DNA of 55,994 nucleotides from a virus (lineage: Duplodnaviria > Caudoviricetes). The notes beneath the pieces are model-generated. The model made no database searches, was not told where the DNA came from, and worked only from the letters and a program-made list of their open reading frames with translations. A program made the translations under genes and the position numbers. Below are positions 48,340 to 55,994 of this stretch, in pieces. Positions within the stretch are counted from its first letter, which is position 1; each line of letters starts with the position of its first letter. The DNA lies in IMG/VR virus record IMGVR_UViG_3300033155_001375, positions 1 through 55,994 of that record; one strand, written 5' to 3'.

Positions 48340-50178
48340 ATGTGGCCCACAACCAGTCAACATCATAGCCGATGGGATGATGCGGCGACTCCTGCTGCAC
48401 TCCCAAACGTAGGGGGGTCGCCGACACAGAGCACTGATCTGAGAGTCGGCCATGTCTGTTTCTCATTGTCTGATTCGACTCTCTATGTGTGTACTAATGC
48501 GGCGTTTGGCGGGGCTGTTTGGGCTTCGACTGGCGGCGGTGGCGGGGCTCCGTCTTTTCCAAGTATCCAGCAGACCTTGTTTGTTGACAAAACTGGCGGC
48601 GCATATGTGGCTGATGGGACCATACAGTACCCGTACAACAGCATAAATGCTGCATTGACAGCGGCGTTGGCATTGGTTCCTACACCGACAAATCGTATCG
48701 GCATAAAAGTAATGCCTGGGATCTATGCCGAGAGTTTCCGACTGCGGGACTACTGCTACGTCATCGGGGAAAATAAAGAGGCGTGCATCGCGGAATATGG
48801 CAGCGGTAGCGTTGTGCTCGCCACGGATGTCACGTCTGGCATCTGGAATATGACCATGCACCAGACCAGCACTTTCTACCTAACGTGGTGTGCTGGATCG
48901 AATTTGGAATACCATAACTGTCACCTCTATGGCGAAGGCAACAGCGGCAACGTAGCGCGTATCGAAAAGTCTGCGGCTCTCAATGAGTCGGTGTTCCGGG
49001 CATATGAATGTGAGATTCTGAATCCTGATCCCGACCAGGGTTCTATCAATATGTACGATGACTCCATTGTGGAGTTGTATGACAGCAAGCTTGGCGGGTA
49101 CCCGTACATCGAAGGCGCAACGTCAGCGGCACGCTTCAAGCTCAAGGATTGCCTGGTTGTGGGCAATATATCGAGCTGGGGATATCATCACTTTGAAGCC
49201 TACGACACCGAGGTTGATTGCTCGACAGCTAGTGTCTATGACTGGCCCTTCAATTTCAGAGCGGTTGAAGCGTCTGCTGTAATTCAGAATTGCACCACCA
49301 AGACCAACGGACTTTCCTCCATCCGAGACCTCTGGGCCAATGCCCCAATGGATGTGAAGTGTATCAATTGTAATCTTGAGATGGGGTCCGACGGTTCCGT
49401 TTGGATCGGGAGTCCACAGGGCGAGGTCCATGTTGGTGGGGGCGTCGACCAGTACACCCTCTTCGACGAGATGCTTCTTGCCAACTGGGCAGGTCGTGGA
49501 GTGATCACGGCTCACCTACACCAAGATGATGTCACCACAGGGATTGATGTTGGAGGAGCCCATGACAAAATCATCGTTGATGGTCATGGCCACACTCTGA
49601 CTCACGCCGTTCCAACAACAACGATACAAATCAGCACTGGTCGTGGTACCGGCGAGCTGTGGGAGTTTTTGAAGCTGACCCTTGGAGAATCGATTTCGGC
49701 TGCGGTGCCTGGGACTGGCATCAGCACTGAGATCCTGTTGCGACAGCTCATACTAGATGGTGCCCTCAAGCTCGCGGTTGGGACTGAAACCGGAGCCCTC
49801 GTAGTCGAGACTGATCATGTCAAGGCGCGTGGTAACACCACTGACCTGAATGCGGTGCAGTTCTCATGCAATCCTGTAGGGACGCAGCCGAAGCTTCTGA
49901 TAACTGGAGATAGCTACTTCCAGGGACAATCTGGAAACCCGGCGATTTATTGGCACACATTGGCTGGATTCGGTGATCTTCGGATGGCGTTCTCCACAAT
50001 CCTGCACGGGAGCTTGGCGGGCAACAATCCGATGGGTGATGACGGTTCGCCGCTGCCGCCGATTCTTTACCGAGCTACGCACTGTCGGTTCAACAGCGAC
50101 CCGGATGTTGGGAATTTCTTGGACAGCGTAGCACCTGGTCAGCGATTCAATTCGTTCGATCCGCTGGTGGCGTTCTAG
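48340..50178 (+). CDS. Second beta-helix (pectin lyase-like) spike protein
   Basis: DGT..PY.SI.AAL..IKVMPGIY.E pattern. Confidence 0.7.
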   Translation: MWPTTSQHHSRWDDAATPAALPNVGGSPTQSTDLRVGHVCFSLSDSTLYVCTNAAFGGAVWASTGGGGGAPSFPSIQQTLFVDKTGGAYVADGTIQYPYNSINAALTAALALVPTPTNRIGIKVMPGIYAESFRLRDYCYVIGENKEACIAEYGSGSVVLATDVTSGIWNMTMHQTSTFYLTWCAGSNLEYHNCHLYGEGNSGNVARIEKSAALNESVFRAYECEILNPDPDQGSINMYDDSIVELYDSKLGGYPYIEGATSAARFKLKDCLVVGNISSWGYHHFEAYDTEVDCSTASVYDWPFNFRAVEASAVIQNCTTKTNGLSSIRDLWANAPMDVKCINCNLEMGSDGSVWIGSPQGEVHVGGGVDQYTLFDEMLLANWAGRGVITAHLHQDDVTTGIDVGGAHDKIIVDGHGHTLTHAVPTTTIQISTGRGTGELWEFLKLTLGESISAAVPGTGISTEILLRQLILDGALKLAVGTETGALVVETDHVKARGNTTDLNAVQFSCNPVGTQPKLLITGDSYFQGQSGNPAIYWHTLAGFGDLRMAFSTILHGSLAGNNPMGDDGSPLPPILYRATHCRFNSDPDVGNFLDSVAPGQRFNSFDPLVAF

Positions 50179-50184
50179 GAGTAG

Positions 50185-50436
50185 ATGATGGCGAAGAGAA
50201 CAGACCAAGAGCTTGACGATCACATCATGGAGTTGTTCGGGTTTCGGCAATGGTCGCCACAGTTTGCCAAACGAATTCTCTCAAAGAACGACTCATATGA
50301 TCCTTCAGATGATGCTGACGTGCTAGGGGCTGTGAGTCGACTGCTGACTGCAACAGATATTGAGCTGGTCGACGCCGGTGACACGGACGTGCAGTCTGTC
50401 TACGTGACTACCGAAGCTCGTCCGGTGATGGAGTAG
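50185..50436 (+). CDS. Hypothetical protein
   Basis: AGGAG RBS. Confidence 0.6.
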   Translation: MMAKRTDQELDDHIMELFGFRQWSPQFAKRILSKNDSYDPSDDADVLGAVSRLLTATDIELVDAGDTDVQSVYVTTEARPVME

Positions 50437-50439
50437 CAA

Positions 50440-52194
50440 ATGGCTGCAAAACTGAACCACTTTTTGGGGGATCACGTCGATGATGCGGCGGTGAACGCCT
50501 ATCTCGCGGCCAACAGTTGGATCGCTGAAGAAGGTTGGGTTTATCGCAACTCAACTGCCACGGAGCTTCGGTGGTGGGACGGATCGGCTTGGGTTGGTCC
50601 TGGAGGGGCGGCGACAGATCCGAATGCTGTTCATGTCAATGCGTCGGCAGAGATTTCTGCGATAGCGCCAAAAGCCGCTCCCATTGCAGCGGACCTTCTG
50701 ATTATCGAAGACAGTGCTGTCGGGAATGTTAAGAAATCGGTTCAGGTAGGCAATCTTCCGAGTGGTGCACCTCTCGCCGCTATCCCTCCAGTGAACGTCA
50801 CGAAGGCTGCTGCTGTTGTCGGGGTTGGGACTACTGCCGCCAGGGATGATCACAAGCACGACGCGACCACGGCTACAGCAGGTGCAGTGGCCATTGGTGA
50901 CGCAGCGGCTGAGGGATCGGCGACTTCACTAGCTCGATCCGATCATGCTCACTCCCTTGCGGCTCCAGCGGCTCCAGCAGACGTGACTAAGGCGGCGGCG
51001 GTGGCTGGTGCGAGTGCTGACCCAGCACGGGCGGACCATAAGCATGATGTGACGACCGCTACAGCGGGAGCGGTGGCCATTGGAGACGTAGCAGCGGAAG
51101 GTTCTGCAACATCGCTGGCACGTTCTGACCACGCTCACTCGTTGGCTGCTCCTGCTGCCCCCGCTGACGTCACAAAAGCTGCTGCGGCTGCGGGGGCTAG
51201 TGCAGACACGGCTCGGGCAGATCATAAACACGACGTGACTACGGCTATCGCTGGGGCAGTTACGCCCGGAGATGCTGCTGCTGAAGGATCGTACTCCACC
51301 CTGTCTCGATCTGATCATCAGCACTCAATAGCCGATTTTGGTGCTGCCGTTAGTACATTTTGTGAGGGAAACGACTCTAGGCTGTCTGACTCGAGGGCAC
51401 CTACTGGAGCGGCGACTGGCGATCTCGGAGGGAACTATCCTAACCCGACTGTGGGTGATGGTGCTGACTCTACTGCCATCCATGACGATACAGCGGGGGA
51501 GATTCTGGCAATTGCCCTGAAGGGGGCTCCGACAACCTCTGACCTTTTGGTGATCGAGGATGTAGCGGCGGCGAATGCCAAGAAACGAATTACCATCGGA
51601 ACATTGCCGACTGGTCTCGACCCCAATGCCATTCACGACAACGTCGGTGGTGAGATTGCGCTGATTGCTCCGAAGGCCGCTCCCATTGCAGCGGATCTGA
51701 TCATCATCGAGGACAGTGTTGCTGGAAACGCGAAGAAATCGGTTCAGATCGGAAACCTCCCAGGTGGCGGGGGAGGGGCAAGCGCTGGTTCGTATGTCGA
51801 CATCGGGGGACCGTATCAATACACCCAGCCTGCTGTTCCCGTCGAGGAGACCATGGGTAACGGGACGCTAGACGGTTCTCTGGTCTCAACCCTCACGGCT
51901 TACTTCCGGGCCTCTGTGACCAACGTGTGGACAACGACGGGCACAACCCGCGTGAGGCTCTACGATATGGGGCCGGCGGCGGGGCCTCCAGGCGTCCAAA
52001 GGCTCGTGACGGAGCTTACTGCCACAGCTCAGGGTGGCCCTCGAGAGGTCAATCAAGCGCTCTCCGTGGTGGCGGCTGCACCGGGGACCGATGACATCCT
52101 GAATACGGCTCGAATGTATGAGGTTGTGGTGATTCAGGACTCATCGACAGTGGGAGACTCGGCCTACCTTAGTGGTGGGCTCGACGTGAGGTAA
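50440..52194 (+). CDS. Tail fibre with His-x-His repeats
   Basis: Six R.DH.H motifs in ~60 aa triplicated units; three 49 aa repeats shared with 45926. Confidence 0.75.
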   Translation: MAAKLNHFLGDHVDDAAVNAYLAANSWIAEEGWVYRNSTATELRWWDGSAWVGPGGAATDPNAVHVNASAEISAIAPKAAPIAADLLIIEDSAVGNVKKSVQVGNLPSGAPLAAIPPVNVTKAAAVVGVGTTAARDDHKHDATTATAGAVAIGDAAAEGSATSLARSDHAHSLAAPAAPADVTKAAAVAGASADPARADHKHDVTTATAGAVAIGDVAAEGSATSLARSDHAHSLAAPAAPADVTKAAAAAGASADTARADHKHDVTTAIAGAVTPGDAAAEGSYSTLSRSDHQHSIADFGAAVSTFCEGNDSRLSDSRAPTGAATGDLGGNYPNPTVGDGADSTAIHDDTAGEILAIALKGAPTTSDLLVIEDVAAANAKKRITIGTLPTGLDPNAIHDNVGGEIALIAPKAAPIAADLIIIEDSVAGNAKKSVQIGNLPGGGGGASAGSYVDIGGPYQYTQPAVPVEETMGNGTLDGSLVSTLTAYFRASVTNVWTTTGTTRVRLYDMGPAAGPPGVQRLVTELTATAQGGPREVNQALSVVAAAPGTDDILNTARMYEVVVIQDSSTVGDSAYLSGGLDVR

Positions 52195-52196
52195 TC

Positions 52197-52520
52197 ATGA
52201 CTGTAACCAGTAATGTCAGTGCAGCGATTGTCGATCTCAAAGCTGAGTTTGACACAATGGGGTTTCTCAATCAGGGGGCCAAGACGGTCGTTGACCAAGA
52301 CCTCATCGATGAAATCCAGGCAGACATGGACACTTTGAGGACCAACTATTCTGCCGATTTCGAGACGGCTTGGGATGGTGATATTCACGAGCCGACTGCC
52401 ACTGAGATTGCTTACTGGATTTTCGATGAGTTCGATCATGATGACTTTACGATCACGCTTTATCCTGACAGCGGTGAAGCGTTGGTATTTATCACAGACG
52501 TGCCATTTCCTTGGAGGTAA
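52197..52520 (+). CDS. Acidic hypothetical protein
   Basis: GAGGT RBS. Confidence 0.6.
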   Translation: MTVTSNVSAAIVDLKAEFDTMGFLNQGAKTVVDQDLIDEIQADMDTLRTNYSADFETAWDGDIHEPTATEIAYWIFDEFDHDDFTITLYPDSGEALVFITDVPFPWR

Positions 52521-52523
52521 CAG

Positions 52524-53921
52524 ATGGCTAAGTGGATACGAAACTGGCACACACCGTATGTGATTGACAGTCGTGGTGGTCACTATGTGGCGATGGTAAT
52601 GAAGGAAATATTTCTCGTTGCTGGATACACTGTGAATTCCGACGACGGAGACGCCGCCTGGACCAATGTTCTGAACATCCTCGTCAATGAACTGGGTGGA
52701 GCCAATGGCTTTCAAGTCGATTCCACAAAGCCGCGAGAGATTTACGATCCGTTGGGCCGGTTCACTCAGGCCATGGTGGATGATGAATGCGGCATCGGCC
52801 TGAGAGGCGGGGTGCTCGATGACGACCAGAATCACAGCCTGTGGCGCATCACAGAGTACATCGATGCCAACCATGTCAAGGTTGACGTCGATGGATGGAA
52901 TCCGCATGGCTGGGTAACAGATAACCAGCTCGCTGGGCGTATTGTGAAGTTCGATGGAGACTATCTGCCGAGCGCGGCGTGGGTGCTACTCGATGGTCCA
53001 CCCGGTTCAGTTGCTCAAGTCAAACTTGATGTTGTGAACTACACGAACAGTTGCATGATTCGGCTCGCTCCGATGGGGAAACCATACGCCGGCTCTGGTG
53101 TTGGTGGGGATACGATTGGTGGAGCTGCGCCGACGATGACATTGAACATCGCGGCTGGCGAATTCAACAAGCACATGGCGGCGGCGACCGTGACAATTGC
53201 TGGGTCGACGACGCCGGCAAATGACGGTGCGTTCCCAGTCTCGGCAGTGTCCCCGGCTGGTCAAATAACATACACAAATGCGGCTGGAGTTGCTGAAGCT
53301 TTCACAGGTACTTTCTCGGTGTCTGGCATTTCGACGCTGGTTCCTGCTGCTGGGAAGCAACTTGCAGAGACCTATATCAATCGCTTTCGGCTCAATGCTT
53401 ATATTGATGGCGGCGATGTTTTGGTTTATGGCCAGAATCAGGATAAAGACTATATGCACATCGATGTTTGCAAGCTGGTCGGTGCTGATGCTGAGGATAC
53501 TGCTCCGTATGTAATTTCAGCAATTTATAGTGTTTCTTGGCTTATTTATTCGTACACAACCGCATATTATTTTGTTGGATTGGATGCTGCTATCGCTCCA
53601 GCAGAGATCATCCATTATATGACTTTCCATGGACGGTACGATGGGCTCGCCGAGTCTACTTGTTATCACAATCGTTTCGGACGTCGTGTTGACGAGGATG
53701 TTGATGCGCAGATGATCGAGGGATATTTGTGCATGGCCAACACAGCTACGGTCGGTGCTGTTGTTCGTGGTCGTGTGCCTCACATACGCTTGACTTGGAC
53801 TGGGTTTGAGTTGAAGCGCATATTCGATTCGGCAGGAGATTGGATACATTACGCCAACGGGTTGTTGGTTCCGAGGAATGGCCCTGACGATCCGCTACCA
53901 CTAGAACCGACAGTCTCGTAG
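52524..53921 (+). CDS. Putative structural protein, paralogue family member 1
   Basis: GGAGG RBS; shared ~70 aa module; termini similar to 53932. Confidence 0.65.
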   Translation: MAKWIRNWHTPYVIDSRGGHYVAMVMKEIFLVAGYTVNSDDGDAAWTNVLNILVNELGGANGFQVDSTKPREIYDPLGRFTQAMVDDECGIGLRGGVLDDDQNHSLWRITEYIDANHVKVDVDGWNPHGWVTDNQLAGRIVKFDGDYLPSAAWVLLDGPPGSVAQVKLDVVNYTNSCMIRLAPMGKPYAGSGVGGDTIGGAAPTMTLNIAAGEFNKHMAAATVTIAGSTTPANDGAFPVSAVSPAGQITYTNAAGVAEAFTGTFSVSGISTLVPAAGKQLAETYINRFRLNAYIDGGDVLVYGQNQDKDYMHIDVCKLVGADAEDTAPYVISAIYSVSWLIYSYTTAYYFVGLDAAIAPAEIIHYMTFHGRYDGLAESTCYHNRFGRRVDEDVDAQMIEGYLCMANTATVGAVVRGRVPHIRLTWTGFELKRIFDSAGDWIHYANGLLVPRNGPDDPLPLEPTVS

Positions 53922-53931
53922 GAGAAGAAAC

Positions 53932-55887
53932 ATGGCTACAAAACACTGGGGACGTGACGCTCTGATAAACAACCTAGAGGCTAGTTGTTACACTGGGAAT
54001 CAACGTAGCGCCAATGTGCTCATGTACCATTTTCTTCGCGTGGCCGGCTTTTCCCGGATCTGGGAATGCGATGGCGAGGTTGGTGACGGTTCCTACGACC
54101 GAGATTGCAATCATGTGCCTGACGGAGCAATGGAGGCTTCTGGTATCTCTGATTGGACGGCAGTTACGAGTGGTGGGCCTGGGCCGACGATCACAAAAGA
54201 CACGACGACTGTGAAGAGTGGCGTTCAATCGCTCAAGGTTGTCTCCAATAATGCCGCTGACGGTGTGAGGTCGGCGATTCTCAGGGATATGCGTCGAGCC
54301 AGTGCGGGCGCAATTGCTGGAGCCGCTCCCAATATGCAGCTCAATGCCACCGGCAACTATTGGTTCAGTCCAGGCGTCGGTGATGGTAATTTCAACGTCA
54401 CGATTGCTAATGCAACTGGCGGCAACAACGGCACGTTCCCGATAACCGGGTACGTTGATCATAATTCAATCCAGTTCACCAATGCGGCTGGGGCTGTTGA
54501 GGCGGGAGTTGATTGGACGACAGATGAGCCTTATGAGGTAATTTTCTGGGCACACAATAATGGCACTCAGGCGTGGGATGTTGAAGTGGATCGCGGTGAC
54601 GGATCGTGGACCAATGTTGGAACCATCCCGACGAACGGCGGGGTTTGGACCCAACATCATTTCTCGTTCACGCTATATCCAGGAGACGATTCGACCAACC
54701 CCCGGTATATTCGTTTTGTTGACCCGGCCACAGGGGCCGCTGAGACCATCTACATCGACGGATTGCACATCTACAGGTCGTTCTTCGAGGATCGTATTGG
54801 GAATGTCTACGGAACAGATGGCCAATTGGTCAATCCAGATCGTTTTCAGACGGCTGGAAGCTACACTCCAGGCGCTTCAGATATCGGCAAGTGGTTATTC
54901 GTCTGGGATGCAACGAACAACAAAAACTCAGGATACTACAAGATCATCGCTGACATTGGCGGGGGTGTTGTTCAGGTAGATATGCGTTCGGCAAGCGCTA
55001 CCTTTACGGCGAACACCGGGTTGACATTCAGAATCGTTGACGTTGAGGGTCAGAACTCGAACCTTGATTATGACTACGGCTCTGTAGCAAGAGGCTGGGG
55101 ATTGGAGAGTCATCATTCTTCGTCGTGGCGCATGTTCTCCCGTGACTGGCAGATAGCCGGAACCGGGACCAACAAGAATACGCAGATATGGGGTGCTCCA
55201 GAAGACACTGATTTCAATGTCGATACCGGATCGTTTTTCATGACCGGACCATCGACTCAGCGATCTAGGCAGGGAGAGTACACAGGAGCAGCAACGTCGC
55301 CCAACATGCACAAGTGGAAGGGCGCGTACACTACGTCATCGCCAGACTCGAGAACGTGGATGATGACCGACGCAGATGGAAGTTTTTTTAGTTTCTGTAA
55401 CTATTCCACTGACATAGTGAACCACGCCTATATCCAGGTAGGCTACACAGGCACAGATGCCAAGCGGCCCGGCGTGATGGAGTGGCTGATGTCAGCAGCT
55501 TTTGTCAACGTGCCAACAGCAATTAATGAGATATTGTGGCTAAGCGCTAGTAATTATGCGTTTCTAAGCAATACTGGTTTCGCTAAAAACGGAAAAGCCG
55601 TTGAATGTACGTTTGGTAGTTCGCTGAACAACAACAACAACCAAACAGTTCACGCTCTGACGAACGCTCAGGCGAATCCATGGTCTGGGAAAGAATGGCT
55701 TGAAAAACCACACATAGCCAATGATCCAACTGGTGTTGTAGGACGGTGCATGAATGGCGAGGCTGACATGGGGGTGTACAGGGCTCGCGAGAATATGACT
55801 CCGCTCACAACCTTTGATTCTGACGGCTATCTGCACATTATAAAGGGTCTAGTGTGGGAGTGGTCTGGAGAGCAACTGGCTCCATGA
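53932..55887 (+). CDS. Putative structural protein with CBM-like insertion, paralogue family member 2
   Basis: PDGAME..W..SG.QSLKV..W..H.F..IYID pattern. Confidence 0.65.
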   Translation: MATKHWGRDALINNLEASCYTGNQRSANVLMYHFLRVAGFSRIWECDGEVGDGSYDRDCNHVPDGAMEASGISDWTAVTSGGPGPTITKDTTTVKSGVQSLKVVSNNAADGVRSAILRDMRRASAGAIAGAAPNMQLNATGNYWFSPGVGDGNFNVTIANATGGNNGTFPITGYVDHNSIQFTNAAGAVEAGVDWTTDEPYEVIFWAHNNGTQAWDVEVDRGDGSWTNVGTIPTNGGVWTQHHFSFTLYPGDDSTNPRYIRFVDPATGAAETIYIDGLHIYRSFFEDRIGNVYGTDGQLVNPDRFQTAGSYTPGASDIGKWLFVWDATNNKNSGYYKIIADIGGGVVQVDMRSASATFTANTGLTFRIVDVEGQNSNLDYDYGSVARGWGLESHHSSSWRMFSRDWQIAGTGTNKNTQIWGAPEDTDFNVDTGSFFMTGPSTQRSRQGEYTGAATSPNMHKWKGAYTTSSPDSRTWMMTDADGSFFSFCNYSTDIVNHAYIQVGYTGTDAKRPGVMEWLMSAAFVNVPTAINEILWLSASNYAFLSNTGFAKNGKAVECTFGSSLNNNNNQTVHALTNAQANPWSGKEWLEKPHIANDPTGVVGRCMNGEADMGVYRARENMTPLTTFDSDGYLHIIKGLVWEWSGEQLAP

Positions 55888-55902
55888 TGTTGAGGTGCCG
55901 CT

Positions 55903-55994
55903 GTGGCTACGATTTTTGGTAGAGACGTTTTGTACGAGGAGCTTTTTCAGTTCGGATCGTCTGTGCAAACAGCAGACAAGCTGTTCAAGACTCC
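55903..55994 (+). CDS. 3'-truncated ORF, probable third paralogue
   Basis: GAGGT RBS; MATIFGRDVL resembles MATKHWGRDAL. Confidence 0.5.
   Translation, partial: MATIFGRDVLYEELFQFGSSVQTADKLFKT

Noticed and set aside
50780-51330. CRISPR-like or non-coding tandem array
   Set aside because: Repeats are in frame and vary at synonymous positions; they are protein repeats
45926-55887. Diversity-generating retroelement acting on fibres
   Set aside because: No reverse transcriptase and no repeat pair differing only at adenines seen
1-55994. Full reassignment of TAG (alternative genetic code)
   Set aside because: Conserved genes are intact under code 11, and TAGs fall at gene boundaries next to RBSs

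Overview
This window is one all-plus-strand virion morphogenesis region of a large contractile-tailed (myovirus) phage. It has a T4-like head module: terminase C-part, gp20-like portal, core proteins, fused gp21/gp22-like protease-scaffold, gp23-like major capsid, a free-standing HNH endonuclease and neck proteins. The tail sheath and tube genes look eCIS/Afp-like. Then come collar/decoration-type genes, a small cassette with host-type promoters, a class II tRNA nucleotidyltransferase (CCA-adding family), a tail chaperone with a -1 slippery site, tape measure, baseplate genes and a large set of fibre/spike genes. Most notable: (1) the nucleotidyltransferase sits among structural genes and carries terminal extensions suggesting it is packaged in the head and trimmed by the prohead protease; (2) a 19-21 bp palindromic site occurs three times in mixed orientation; (3) three sigma70-like promoters share an AATCATG spacer box; (4) two small domains are shuffled, and even nested, among unrelated structural proteins. 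All family calls come from motif recognition by eye; no database search was run.
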